A DNA stretch of 64,000 nucleotides from Candidatus Latescibacterota bacterium (GCA_965208125.1 OZ242320.1:2912001-2976000); one strand, 5' to 3'. Positions 9,937-20,446 are shown, counted from the stretch's first letter. Numbers and translations are program-made. Notes: generated by a model not told the origin, from the sequence alone.

Positions 9937-11112
9937 TCAGCGCATCCACGCAATGGGATGCAGGCGGGAAGCCCGCCACCCCGGTATGATTCCAGCCAGT
10001 ATGCCCATGCCTGCTGCCATTGCAACGCCACCTATAAGGAAGGTCCCATCAATTTGCACCAGTATGCCTGGGGGGGCAAATGGGAGGATTGCACGCACGG
10101 CTTCAGATGCCAGGCGACTGCCCAGGACCGCTATTCCGCCACCTGCGATTCCGCCTATGGTGCAGATTGTCAGTGCCTCTGCACAGATCAATGCAAATAC
10201 ATCGCCCCGGGATGCGCCAATTGCTCGCATTACGCCGATTTCTCGCGTTCGCTCAAAGACTGCGATTAGCATGGTGTTCATTACGCCGAGTACTGCAATT
10301 GCTACGGCTACGATGGTGACTGTTCCAATGAAAAACCGCGCTGTGCCCAGGAGGTCGAGAAGGGTTCGCTGGACCTGCGCCATGGTGATAACCTGTACCG
10401 AGGGTATTTCGAATACGCGTTCCGAAAATCCGTCTATTCTGGACAGGTCTTTTAATTTTACACCGATGCCTGTGAGTTTCTCCTTTTTGTCGAAGAGGCG
10501 TTGCGCTACCTCAAGCGGCACGAAGATGGTGCCGTCGTCCTGCGTTCCGCTGCGGTCAAAAATCCCGCGTACTCGGAATGTTTGTCCCAGTCCCTTGAGC
10601 GGAAAATCGTCCCCGATGTTTTTTCGATAATACGCCGCTACGCTGTATCCCAGTATTACCTCGTCGGTCGCGCTTTCGTTGAACCATTCGCCCCGCTGGA
10701 AGGTTAGCCAGGGTTTCATTTCCAGAAAGCTGTCTTCTATTCCCGTTATCAGGGAAAATCCCTCCCGGTGTACGGGAAGCGATCCGAGAAATAACCGTGT
10801 CGTGGTCGCCACATCGGCGTCTCGAAGAATTTCACGGTGGATAGCTTCATCCATGTACATCGGTATTACCCCACCTTGCATCAACAGGGTCGCGGCTTCG
10901 TAGGGGCATCCTTTTGAGGTGACCAGTACGTGATAGCCCAGTCGGTCAATGCTGTGGATGAGGGATGTGCGGTATCCGGTTCCCAGGCCCAGGAGGCTGA
11001 CCAGTACGCATACGGATAGGGCTACGCCGCTTATGGTTAGAGCGCTTCGCGTGCGGTGTCGCCGCAGTTCTTTCAGGACGACGCTTATAAATTGAAAAAT
11101 GACCAAATCCAC
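9937..11112 (-). CDS. ABC transporter permease (MacB/FtsX family)
   Basis: RSALTISGVAL first TM, periplasmic domain, VFERTREIGVMRAIGA, PGWRASRLHP. Confidence 0.93.
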   Translation of the reverse strand: MDLVIFQFISVVLKELRRHRTRSALTISGVALSVCVLVSLLGLGTGYRTSLIHSIDRLGYHVLVTSKGCPYEAATLLMQGGVIPMYMDEAIHREILRDADVATTTRLFLGSLPVHREGFSLITGIEDSFLEMKPWLTFQRGEWFNESATDEVILGYSVAAYYRKNIGDDFPLKGLGQTFRVRGIFDRSGTQDDGTIFVPLEVAQRLFDKKEKLTGIGVKLKDLSRIDGFSERVFEIPSVQVITMAQVQRTLLDLLGTARFFIGTVTIVAVAIAVLGVMNTMLIAVFERTREIGVMRAIGASRGDVFALICAEALTICTIGGIAGGGIAVLGSRLASEAVRAILPFAPPGILVQIDGTFLIGGVAMAAGMGILAGIIPGWRASRLHPIAWMR

Positions 11113-11480
11113 GCCCTTTTGCGATAGATTTCTACGCCTTTTCCCATCAGGCGCAGATCGCCTGCGATGCGTTTTACTACGCCTACGACGCGCAGGGAGT
11201 CGCCAGAGATATTGCGGGGGACGGTTATGGTCCGTCCCTGTTCCAGGTCAATCAGTATATGCTGAGTATTGTCTTGTAGTACAAACCAGCATCCCATGTG
11301 CTGGCATACCTGTCCCACGCGGCCCGATAGTACTACTCGCTGTTCGAGAAATGCAGATGGACGATCCAGGATTTCTTTGATCCGGGTCGCGCGATTTGCA
11401 GGTACGGCTTCGCCCACTTGATGCACTTTCGCAGAATCGCATCCGATTATCAGGACCAGGAGTAGCAGATACAGACGCAT
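11085..11480 (-). CDS. DUF4920-like OB-fold lipoprotein
   Basis: Lipobox IIGC; VCQHMGCWFVL motif (C-x4-C-W); overlaps the permease start. Confidence 0.75.
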   Translation of the reverse strand: MRLYLLLLVLIIGCDSAKVHQVGEAVPANRATRIKEILDRPSAFLEQRVVLSGRVGQVCQHMGCWFVLQDNTQHILIDLEQGRTITVPRNISGDSLRVVGVVKRIAGDLRLMGKGVEIYRKRAWIWSFFNL

Positions 11481-11582
11481 CTATATATCTCCAGTTTTTG
11501 CGTGACGCCTGCCATATGAGATGATATTTTGTTTATGGGATAAAATCAAGGGATTCTCCCATCCGTTTTCTGTGACAGGAAT

Positions 11583-13421
11583 ATGCCGATGAAAAAAATA
11601 ATAGGTATTCTTATAGTCGGCGTTTGTCTGGCGTGCAAGCCCTCAAAACCCGATGTATCTACGGAGTTCGTCGGCGTACATCGCTGTGTGGGTTGCCATA
11701 TAGAAGCGTATCAAAAGTGGCAGCGCACTACCCATGCGACCTCTATGCAAGAAGCGACTTCGCAGACTGTTAAGGGCGATTTTAAAAAAAATAATACCTA
11801 TACTTTCGGCGGTGTTACCTCAACGATGAGCCTTCAAAATGGTCGCTATTTTATTACGACGCCGGGGGCTGATGGGGCGCAAGGTACCCACGAGGTGCTA
11901 TACACGATTGGCGACCGGGATACGCAGTGGTACATCGCTGAGCTTCCCGGAGGCCATTTGCAAATTCTTCCGGTTTATTTCGATGTTCGCAGAAATGTCT
12001 GGTACAATCCCGTTGAAGGTATTATTGCCTCGCCGTCCGAACAGCCTTTAGATCCCCGCGATACGTCTTTCTGGATGCATTTTGGACGCAATTGGAGCGC
12101 GCAGTGTTTTGACTGCCACGCCAGTCAGATTGAGGTCAATTACGATCCCGATGCGGGTACTTATGATTCCCGTTGGGTAGATTTGAGCATCAATTGCGAG
12201 ACCTGTCACGGTCCCGGGCAGGGCCATGTCGCGTTTTGGGAGAGAGCACTGACAGATGCCGATGCTGCCGGTATGCAGGATACTTCGCTGGTGAATTTGA
12301 GAATGCTCTCCTCAGAACAATCCGTAGAGCTTTGCGCGCAGTGCCACGCGACGAAGCGCATTTTGAAACTGGGCTATCGACCCGGCGACAATTTTTACGA
12401 TTTTTACGAACCTGTTGTTCTGGATTTTGAAGGTATGTGGCCCAATGGTCGCTACCGGCATCTCGCGTATAATTATACGGCGCTCACGCTCAGTCCCTGT
12501 TATACAGAGGGCGGAGTGACGTGTTTGACCTGTCACCCCTCGCATGGTCCGGAGGTGAAAAAGAAGACAAGGGCAGATTTCGACGGTATATGTATGCAGT
12601 GTCATCGGGATATACAGCCAGGTGAACACAGCCGCCACGAGCAGCACATCGCCTGTGTAGATTGCCATATGCCCCCGATCCCAGAAGTGCGCCGGGTGCG
12701 CGTGTTTGACCATCGCATTGCGCCCCCGGTTCCAGCGAATACGGTGCGCTTTGGTATCCCAAATGCCTGTGGCGAATGCCACGGGGATCGCACGCCTGAA
12801 TGGGCTGTGGAAAAGACAGAAGCCTGGTGGGGGAAACAGGATGATTATCTTTTGCAAACGGCGGCTGTTGCACTGGGGCGACAGGGAAATCCAATGGCTG
12901 TATCTCCTCTGAAAGACGAGTTGGTCGATCTGTCCAATAATCCCATGCGGCGGGCTTCTGCGGCTCTGCTTCTGGGACGCACCCGATCCTCGCAGGCTGT
13001 TCCTGCGCTCCTCGATGCTTTAAAAGATTCGCATCCACTCATCCGTGCAAAGGCGGTAGAAGGTCTGGGTTTGATCGGTCAGGCGCGGGTTGTGCCCGCG
13101 TTGGTTCCATTGTTAGACGATCCGATCCGCCTCGTGCGGTTGGCTCTTGTGCCGGCTGTCGAAAATCTGGGGGCATACCATCTCACGGGCCAGGACTACG
13201 AGCGCTATGAGGCCATTTTTGCCGAATACGAACAGGCGAGCAAAGAGGTCTGGGCGACTGATCCCTATGTGCATTCGTTTCTCGGATGGTGTTATATGAG
13301 GCGGGGAAATACTGAATTGGCCCGGCGCGCTTTCCAGCGGGCACTGCGGATTTGGCCCGGCATTGAGGACGCGGCCAGAGGACTGGCGCAGATACATAAT
13401 CCAGAAAAAAATGACCGATGA
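11583..13421 (+). CDS. Multiheme (8 CxxCH) cytochrome c lipoprotein with C-terminal HEAT-like repeats and TPR
   Basis: CVGCH, CFDCH, CETCH, CAQCH, CLTCH, CMQCH, CVDCH, CGECH; CLAC lipobox-like; HEAT repeats (VPALLDALKDSHPLIRAKAVEGLG). Confidence 0.92.
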   Translation: MPMKKIIGILIVGVCLACKPSKPDVSTEFVGVHRCVGCHIEAYQKWQRTTHATSMQEATSQTVKGDFKKNNTYTFGGVTSTMSLQNGRYFITTPGADGAQGTHEVLYTIGDRDTQWYIAELPGGHLQILPVYFDVRRNVWYNPVEGIIASPSEQPLDPRDTSFWMHFGRNWSAQCFDCHASQIEVNYDPDAGTYDSRWVDLSINCETCHGPGQGHVAFWERALTDADAAGMQDTSLVNLRMLSSEQSVELCAQCHATKRILKLGYRPGDNFYDFYEPVVLDFEGMWPNGRYRHLAYNYTALTLSPCYTEGGVTCLTCHPSHGPEVKKKTRADFDGICMQCHRDIQPGEHSRHEQHIACVDCHMPPIPEVRRVRVFDHRIAPPVPANTVRFGIPNACGECHGDRTPEWAVEKTEAWWGKQDDYLLQTAAVALGRQGNPMAVSPLKDELVDLSNNPMRRASAALLLGRTRSSQAVPALLDALKDSHPLIRAKAVEGLGLIGQARVVPALVPLLDDPIRLVRLALVPAVENLGAYHLTGQDYERYEAIFAEYEQASKEVWATDPYVHSFLGWCYMRRGNTELARRAFQRALRIWPGIEDAARGLAQIHNPEKNDR

Positions 13422-13448
13422 GTACAGGACTCACCGGTCGTTTTTTTT
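13405..13448. terminator. Bidirectional intrinsic terminator
   Basis: A7-TGACCGATGAGT-acagg-ACTCACCGGTCG-T8 between convergent genes. Confidence 0.85.
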
Positions 13449-13464
13449 CGATTTAGAACGTCCG

Positions 13465-14478
13465 TTAGAAGGATCCGGTTATGGATACGCGCAGGGGCGG
13501 ATCAAATAGCTCGCCGAAACTTATATACGCAAAATCGACGCCGATCTTCCGTCCCACGCCCAAATCCTTTTGGACGCCGCCGCCCAGTGTCCAGGTACCC
13601 AGGTCGTACCGACCCCGGTAACCGGCGCGCAGTGCCAGCGTGTTGGCTACCCACAATTCGCCGCCCACATGCCAGCGCTCGCGGTCATCGATGTGATGTA
13701 TCAACTCGGCCGCTACGGTCAGATACGTGGGGTCTCCTTTGCGTCCGTAAGGCTCCATCGCCAAAGCGATGGTGTAGATCAAAGGCTGGGCAATTGACGT
13801 GCCCTGCGGCAGGGAGCCGGGGATTACCAGTTCCTGGTCTTTGCCGAAGTTGCGAAGCGTCATGGCCAGGCGCGAGCTGCCAAATCCGGTGTAAAAAATA
13901 CTGGAAAAGTCGAATGAGGCACTGTTGATCTTGTCCTGGTCCAGCGTCTCTTGAATCCACTTTACTGACACGCCCAGCGACAATTTGTCCGTCATCTTGT
14001 ACGCATAACCGAAGTTTATGAAAATATCGCCGGCCGATATATCCCGCGTGAAACGCCCTTGTGGATCCAGAGGCGTGGTCTCGCGAGAGGTGCCCGCGTC
14101 AAACTGAACGACGGATAGCCCAAAGGTCTGTTGGCCGTACCGCCAGGCGACTGCACCGTTGAAGAATTTCGAATCTACCATCCAGCGCGTATATCCCAGG
14201 GCATATTCGAATCGCTCGATATGGGTCAATGCCGCCGTGTTCCAGAACATCGCATTGATGTCGTCGGCTGCGGCTGTAAATGCATCGCCCATTGCGGCTG
14301 CTCGCGCGCTCTGCCCCACCTTCAATGCGTGGAACGAAGCCCGCCCGGTTCCGTGGAACTCTTTTGTCCGATGCTGACCCGCGCGCACGCCGGACGGCAA
14401 CTTGTAGTCCTGCGCCCAGGCGTCTGACCCCAAAAGCCCGACGGCCAGGAGCATCGTATAAATAGTTAATCGTTTCAC
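13465..14478 (-). CDS. PorV/PorQ-family (FadL-like) outer-membrane beta-barrel
   Basis: Signal peptide; LKVGQSARAAAMGDAFTAAADDINAMFWNTAAL motif; LALRAGY; C-terminal Phe; AGGAG RBS with GTG start. Confidence 0.88.
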   Translation of the reverse strand: MKRLTIYTMLLAVGLLGSDAWAQDYKLPSGVRAGQHRTKEFHGTGRASFHALKVGQSARAAAMGDAFTAAADDINAMFWNTAALTHIERFEYALGYTRWMVDSKFFNGAVAWRYGQQTFGLSVVQFDAGTSRETTPLDPQGRFTRDISAGDIFINFGYAYKMTDKLSLGVSVKWIQETLDQDKINSASFDFSSIFYTGFGSSRLAMTLRNFGKDQELVIPGSLPQGTSIAQPLIYTIALAMEPYGRKGDPTYLTVAAELIHHIDDRERWHVGGELWVANTLALRAGYRGRYDLGTWTLGGGVQKDLGVGRKIGVDFAYISFGELFDPPLRVSITGSF

Positions 14479-14536
14479 ATCTACTCTCCTTTGTTTGTAG
14501 AGGGGCGGAACAGAGTGCTCGCCCCTCCCGTCGGTC

Positions 14537-17035
14537 TTACTGGATAATCAGAAAACTGCCCGTCTGAACCTTGCCTTCTTGTCCGGGTACCAGCGATTCT
14601 ACGGCAAAGAAATAAATCCCCGGAGATGCATACGACGTGCCAGAACGCGCTCGCTGAGACCAGCTCACTTCTGCCGTGTGCTGCGCGCCGCGAGTTCCAT
14701 CGTGTACTATCTCCATGACCAGGTCTCCGGCAGCCGTGAAGATCGAAATTCGGGCCAGACGCGGCAGGTTGGTAAATCGCATGCGTTTGTTGTTGTCGCC
14801 CTGTGCCCCAAAGGAATGCACGCCGTCGTCCTTCCACGGATTTGGCACGACAAGCACTTTTTCCTCTAAGGCGTCGAACCCATCTGAGGCAGCCACAACA
14901 GGCGTAAACTGACCGCCGCTTGTGTTGTGTCGCGCAGCCGTCACAATATGGCTCGACTCGGTCCCTGCCCGGATGTGGTTCTGAACCACGGGGGGCAGAT
15001 CTGCAAGTGTTGTCGGGACGGGCATTTGCGCGCCTGGAATCGCGTTTTTCTGCGCATTCAGGTTTTCCCAGTTCGCGTGCCCATTGGCATAGGTTACGAT
15101 ATTATACCGATACCCGAATCCCGTAACAGAGTTCTCATCGGCAAAAGTATAAATCCCGGTGGATGCATCGTAATACCTCGGGTCTTTTGCCTGAATTGTG
15201 GCGATCAGATTCCACGGGCCCGAAGGCGCGCCAGCATGCTGCACGGGATCTGTCTGGATCAGCGCCGTGTTCCCGTAAATTTTGTAACCGGCCACATCCT
15301 GCGCCTCGCCACCCGCATAATCCGGATGCACCGCATCGTCGGCACCGTCGCTCCAGGACAGTTCCACGTTGCCATTTGCATTGCTGCGAAGCAAAACAGC
15401 GCGGTCGGTTTCGGCGCGTGAAATTGATTCCACATCTGGCGGTTGATTGGGCAGGTCAAATCCCATTGCGTACAATTGACGCGCGCGGTCAATGTGGTTG
15501 AACAAAATATCCTCGCCGCCTGGCACCTGTGCCTGCGCGCCTGGCGTCATTGCCCACAGGCGGAAGTCCATCGGCTCACCGCCCGGACCCGCATTTTCGG
15601 CGGCCATACCCGCGGCAAAAACCACCACGATCTTTGCCTTGTCGCCCGGTACCAATTTCCAGGGACCGAACATCTGCGAGTGCAATTGTTCCTGCAGTTC
15701 TCGCTCATCGGGGTTTGGGCCACCCTCAATCGGGTTGTCGTCATAGGGCTTGCCCGGGGTGATAAATTTCTTCCACAATTCATCAACCGTATCAATTGTC
15801 TCATGCGGCTCAAACTCGATATTCGTACGGCTTCGGCGTTTCCACCAGTGTGCAAAAGCGGGCTGATTGCTGGGAATATCCTCGCCTCCCATTGCCGTGC
15901 CCGTAATCGACACATAGACGTCCGGGTCGTTGATAAAGGGCGGTGTCAGATCTACAGGTCCCCAGCCTATGTATTGCGGCGAATACAATTCTTGCTCTGC
16001 GCGATACCCGATCACGCCAATAGCCTCTGCGCCGAACCGGGGTTCTCCCATGTCGTTGTTTGAACTGGTGGGCGCATCGCCATCGTACTGATACGATACC
16101 TTCTTACCGCGGTATTTCCCACCGTAATTGGCGGCCTCGGTAAACTGATATCGGTCGTCTTCCAGGCGCCGCCCCGGCTCGGAAAACCAGTAGCCGTTCC
16201 ACTTGCGATAGGAGTGCCCGGGCTTGTTCACGCTGAAGTAGTTCAAATACCCCATGTAAACTTCTTCATAGGATCGGTTAGAGGTATTCTCTACGACCAG
16301 TTCTACAAAAAAGAAATCGTCGTAATCCGGATGGCTCCATCCATACGCGGTCCGCGTCATCGTCATCCCGGTCCCGTCTGGCTCGATATTCGTATTGCTG
16401 CGCCATCTCGTAATCACGGTCTCTTCTGGAAAGTGATCGAACTGGGGTAGCGTATAGGATCCGTTTTCGCGGTAATTATCCACTTCCACAGGCTCGTCGG
16501 AAATCGGCTTGGACTGCTCGGTAATCCCGCCGCGGTCCGTGTTGAACCACACGTTGGCATCCTGGGTGTCATACCCCAGTCGGGCGGCTACGATCGGCGG
16601 ATCTTGCCCGTTCCGCAAGCGCAAATTGCCCGATCCAGGCGTCAGGTCTGGCACCACCTGCTCCACATCTCCGGTGTTGGACACTGGTCCCGAGGATGTG
16701 ACAAAGGTGTTCCCATTCGCATCCCGCGCGAGTATCCACACCCCCTGGCCCTTCGAGTTGTCGTAGTCCTGGTCTCGACCGCCGAAACTGCCCGATGTCG
16801 AAGATCCCGTATAAATATACGGATATGTCATCGAACCGTTTTCCCGCGCCACATATCCTTCCGACCCCAGGGCAAATGTTCCGCCCTGCTGTCCTGTGTT
16901 GCGAAACGATTCCGACAGCTTTGACCGGTCAATCTGTTTCATTGGCACTGGCTCATCCACCGCCTGAACTCCTGTCACAAATAGTCCAGTCAGAAAAATG
17001 CCCGCAAGCGCCTTACCAATCATTTGTCTAAACAT
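14537..17035 (-). CDS. Large secreted protein with C-terminal FlgD-Ig/T9SS-CTD-like domain
   Basis: Signal peptide; FN3-like VELSWS...VAGYKIY; tail VVPNPW...RFTNLP...ISIFTAAGDLV...W...ASPGIYFFAVES. Start placed at MFRQM after AAGGAG. Confidence 0.82.
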   Translation of the reverse strand: MFRQMIGKALAGIFLTGLFVTGVQAVDEPVPMKQIDRSKLSESFRNTGQQGGTFALGSEGYVARENGSMTYPYIYTGSSTSGSFGGRDQDYDNSKGQGVWILARDANGNTFVTSSGPVSNTGDVEQVVPDLTPGSGNLRLRNGQDPPIVAARLGYDTQDANVWFNTDRGGITEQSKPISDEPVEVDNYRENGSYTLPQFDHFPEETVITRWRSNTNIEPDGTGMTMTRTAYGWSHPDYDDFFFVELVVENTSNRSYEEVYMGYLNYFSVNKPGHSYRKWNGYWFSEPGRRLEDDRYQFTEAANYGGKYRGKKVSYQYDGDAPTSSNNDMGEPRFGAEAIGVIGYRAEQELYSPQYIGWGPVDLTPPFINDPDVYVSITGTAMGGEDIPSNQPAFAHWWKRRSRTNIEFEPHETIDTVDELWKKFITPGKPYDDNPIEGGPNPDERELQEQLHSQMFGPWKLVPGDKAKIVVVFAAGMAAENAGPGGEPMDFRLWAMTPGAQAQVPGGEDILFNHIDRARQLYAMGFDLPNQPPDVESISRAETDRAVLLRSNANGNVELSWSDGADDAVHPDYAGGEAQDVAGYKIYGNTALIQTDPVQHAGAPSGPWNLIATIQAKDPRYYDASTGIYTFADENSVTGFGYRYNIVTYANGHANWENLNAQKNAIPGAQMPVPTTLADLPPVVQNHIRAGTESSHIVTAARHNTSGGQFTPVVAASDGFDALEEKVLVVPNPWKDDGVHSFGAQGDNNKRMRFTNLPRLARISIFTAAGDLVMEIVHDGTRGAQHTAEVSWSQRARSGTSYASPGIYFFAVESLVPGQEGKVQTGSFLIIQ

Positions 17036-17098
17036 AAATTCACTCCTTATAGAGGCGCCAGGATCGGGGAACATGTTCTGATTCCCCGACCCACCGGT

Positions 17099-20000
17099 TT
17101 ACATGCTCGTGCGCACGCCGAAATAGATCTCGCGGGTGCGATTCGTGTAGCTGTTCCACTGATCCCAGATCTGGTTGTTGTCCCGCACCACCACTGGCGT
17201 GGGCTGGTTCTCTGCCAGACCGTATTTGGGTATATCGTGGAAGAAATTCCACCTGCGGATCGGACGCGGCTTTTTGGCATTGAACAAATTGGTCGCCTCA
17301 AAGAATATGGTCGGACGCAATTTTCCAATCCGGAATCCCTTCTGAATGCCCAGATCCGTACGGAATGCCGTTGGATTGGTGTACAACAACTGGTTCCTGA
17401 TCAACTTGTTGGCAGTCGAGGGAGATGGCGTGGGCTGGCTATAGCGGAAGAATGTGCCCGGCTCGATTCGCAGTACCAGGTTCACGTTCAGATCGCTCAG
17501 CACCTTGCTCCCGCCCACCTCTGGACCATATCCTTCGGGCGTGGCAAATAGGAATGTGATGCTTCCATCGCCTGTGGCATCGCGCATGTTGGCAGGACCG
17601 CGCACAGACCCCACGGTAGCTATACGAGCCGCAATATTCCGCTCGTTGGTCCAGGGGAATCCAACCTGTGCATCCGGCACCTGATTGGCGAATTTTTCAG
17701 TAATCCACAATTCCCGATTGGCGTCGATTTCCTGTTGCACCAACTGGTTGGCAAACATGCCAATGGCATCGACTTCGGCACTCGACAGGGGTTGCCAGAT
17801 GCGCTCACCCGTGGTTTGATCGATTTCAAACTTAAAGCGATACGCGTCTTTGGCCAGGAAGTCCGAATCCACATACCAGCGGGATACCCACTCCCGACCG
17901 CCGTAGAAGTTGTTCTGCTCCCAGTACCAACTCCACGTCGCGCGGAATGAGAAGAAATTGGTGAACCGCTTGCTCACGGCCAATTCCAGGCCGCGCGTTT
18001 CGCCGCTGTACGCATTCTGATACCAGTGCGCGCGCTTGATCTGTTTCTCTACCGGGTCGTGCAAGAACGTGTTGTTCTGCTGGAGATAGTCTTCTGTGCG
18101 GCGGTAGAACATCGTCGCATTGGCCGTGTAGTCCGAAACAAAGTTCCAATCGACACCCACTTCGTAATTCACGGTACTGCCCGGACGCGAATTGGTCGAT
18201 CCGCGCTTGGTCGATCCCATTTCCAGGCCGCCGTAATACTCATACGAGCTATATCTGCCGTCCGCGTTCAGGTCTTCGGCTACGCTTCGGCCCGAAGCCG
18301 ACTGCCAGGTTTGTCCATACATCGAATAGAAAATCGGGAGGACGAAGAACCGGCCATAGGAGAAGTGAATCGCAGACCGCGCGGTAATCGGGTGAGATAC
18401 CCCAAAGCGCGGCGATAGTTTGAACATATTCAGACCATCATAAGTGGGGAATGACTGCGGATTGTTGGGATAGGGCGTTTGACCCTGTCGCGCCAACGAC
18501 GCATCTGCATCGGAAAACCAGCGGTTTTGGGGCAGCACTGACCACACGGGTTCGGGACGCGTCTGCCCGCCGTGATTGAACGCATCCAGACGCACGCCCA
18601 CGTTTACGACCATTCCCTCAAACTCCATTTTGTCCTGTGCATAAGCTCCAAGCTGGAATGCCTTTCTCGGGTGATCCCGAAAGGCGTTCCAGGCCGGGTC
18701 GTCGAGATTGCTTGCTCGACTTAAATCGGGGAGTTTAACGCCATTTACAGTCGTGGCGGGTACAAAGTCCATCTGACCATCTGCACCCAGGCGGTTCTGA
18801 GCCGATGCATAGTAGTCGTACATCGACCAGACCCGATAACTGCCCGATGTTCCACGGCTCTGTGACTCCCACTGATAGGTCTGGAACCACGTTGCCTCGG
18901 CACCCGCCTTAAAGAAATTCCCCTTTGTAACCTGACTGGAAAAATCAAATTTCAAATTGTGACGTGTCTGACGGTTCAATCGGTAGTCCAGCACCTCGCG
19001 AGGTGCCGCCGTAAACCACTTGTCGTGGTCTCGAAGCACATTGAACGTCTCTATGGGCATCCCCGATGTGTCCTGCTCGCTGTCTGCACGCGAGATACGC
19101 AACTCGTACAGGGTGCGCGAAGACAGAGAGTGCGTCAAATACGCATACAACATTGAGTTCCATTCGATCTCTTTGCCCGCACCGTCTATGCCCGTGGGTA
19201 AATACAGGTCTCGACCGGCTGACAGTGCCGACTCTCGCGTGTTGCGGAAATTCTGGTTCGTTCCATACACACCACCCAACTTCAGGTTGATATTGGGCTT
19301 TACGCCAAATGTCAGCTTGCCCGTCACCTGATAATTGGGCAGACTCAGAAGCGCGGGGTCGGGACGCTGCACGGGTTGACGATCTGTCTGCGCGCTCACG
19401 TGAAATGAGGTCTTGTCCCCAATGGGACCCGAAATGGATCCTTCAACGCGATGTCCCGATACATCTGTATAATCATCTGGTTGGATATGCACCAGGCGTC
19501 CCGAATCATCCGCTGTGCCAGGCAATCCATCGGCGCCAATATTTTCCTTTTCCTGCAACCAGGCCGGATCGTCCAGGCGGATGCGGCTCTTGCCCGTGCC
19601 CTGGTTCAGGTGGATGATCGGGTCATAGGCATTGAAGCCGTAATGCCGCTTTCCGGGCACCGTGTATCGATACTCGAAGAATCCGTGGTAGTCCCGGCTA
19701 CCCTCTCGCGTCACGATATTGATGATCCCGGCGTCCATATTTCCGTATTCGGCTTCTGGAACACCAGTTACCACAGAGATTTCCTGGATCGATGCGCGGT
19801 TCACACCCGTGAACATATTTGCCGCGCGGCGGTCATTATTCACCATCCGCACACCGTCAACAGTATAGGTGAGTGAAATGGGCTTTGGCGTTGTCGTGTA
19901 CCAGCCCGCACGGCGTTCGCCTTCGTCCATTTGAAAGTTGCCCTGCCGCACTGACCGTCCGTCTTTCTGTACGCCCGGCTGCAAGCCCGCCCACGCCCGA

Positions 20001-20446
20001 GCATCTTTGACCACAGGCTGCAAGTCGATCTCGTCAGCCGTTACATAGTATTTGCTCGCGGTCTTGTCCGGCTCTACGGGTGGACGCTCTGCCGTCACGA
20101 TCAGTTCTTCGGCTTCCAGCGCTGTCTCGGTGAGACTGAAATCCACTGTGGAGGTATAGCCCACCACCACTTTTACATCTTGCTGTACGACCTTCTGGTA
20201 CCCCACCAGCGAGGCTTCCATGCTGTGTGTTCCCGGCAGAACCAGCAAGATGATATAATATCCTTCTGCATCTGCGGTCGCACCCCGGTTTGTTCCCGTG
20301 ATTACGACGTTGGCACCGGGCAAGGGATCGCCTTTTGTATCCATTACCCTGCCAGCTATCTTACCCGTTGTTGCCGCCTGTGCCCAATCCTGTACACCCA
20401 GGATACAGACCAGCACAACGGACAAAATCGATAACTTTCTTATCAT
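17099..20446 (-). CDS. TonB-dependent receptor with N-terminal carboxypeptidase-regulatory-like domain
   Basis: GKIAGRVMDTKGDPLPGANVVI; plug IQEISVVTG..AEYGN..AGIINIVT; barrel motifs YAQDKMEF, SPRFGVSHPIT, NYEVG; ends REIYFGVRTSM. Confidence 0.92.
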   Translation of the reverse strand: MIRKLSILSVVLVCILGVQDWAQAATTGKIAGRVMDTKGDPLPGANVVITGTNRGATADAEGYYIILLVLPGTHSMEASLVGYQKVVQQDVKVVVGYTSTVDFSLTETALEAEELIVTAERPPVEPDKTASKYYVTADEIDLQPVVKDARAWAGLQPGVQKDGRSVRQGNFQMDEGERRAGWYTTTPKPISLTYTVDGVRMVNNDRRAANMFTGVNRASIQEISVVTGVPEAEYGNMDAGIINIVTREGSRDYHGFFEYRYTVPGKRHYGFNAYDPIIHLNQGTGKSRIRLDDPAWLQEKENIGADGLPGTADDSGRLVHIQPDDYTDVSGHRVEGSISGPIGDKTSFHVSAQTDRQPVQRPDPALLSLPNYQVTGKLTFGVKPNINLKLGGVYGTNQNFRNTRESALSAGRDLYLPTGIDGAGKEIEWNSMLYAYLTHSLSSRTLYELRISRADSEQDTSGMPIETFNVLRDHDKWFTAAPREVLDYRLNRQTRHNLKFDFSSQVTKGNFFKAGAEATWFQTYQWESQSRGTSGSYRVWSMYDYYASAQNRLGADGQMDFVPATTVNGVKLPDLSRASNLDDPAWNAFRDHPRKAFQLGAYAQDKMEFEGMVVNVGVRLDAFNHGGQTRPEPVWSVLPQNRWFSDADASLARQGQTPYPNNPQSFPTYDGLNMFKLSPRFGVSHPITARSAIHFSYGRFFVLPIFYSMYGQTWQSASGRSVAEDLNADGRYSSYEYYGGLEMGSTKRGSTNSRPGSTVNYEVGVDWNFVSDYTANATMFYRRTEDYLQQNNTFLHDPVEKQIKRAHWYQNAYSGETRGLELAVSKRFTNFFSFRATWSWYWEQNNFYGGREWVSRWYVDSDFLAKDAYRFKFEIDQTTGERIWQPLSSAEVDAIGMFANQLVQQEIDANRELWITEKFANQVPDAQVGFPWTNERNIAARIATVGSVRGPANMRDATGDGSITFLFATPEGYGPEVGGSKVLSDLNVNLVLRIEPGTFFRYSQPTPSPSTANKLIRNQLLYTNPTAFRTDLGIQKGFRIGKLRPTIFFEATNLFNAKKPRPIRRWNFFHDIPKYGLAENQPTPVVVRDNNQIWDQWNSYTNRTREIYFGVRTSM

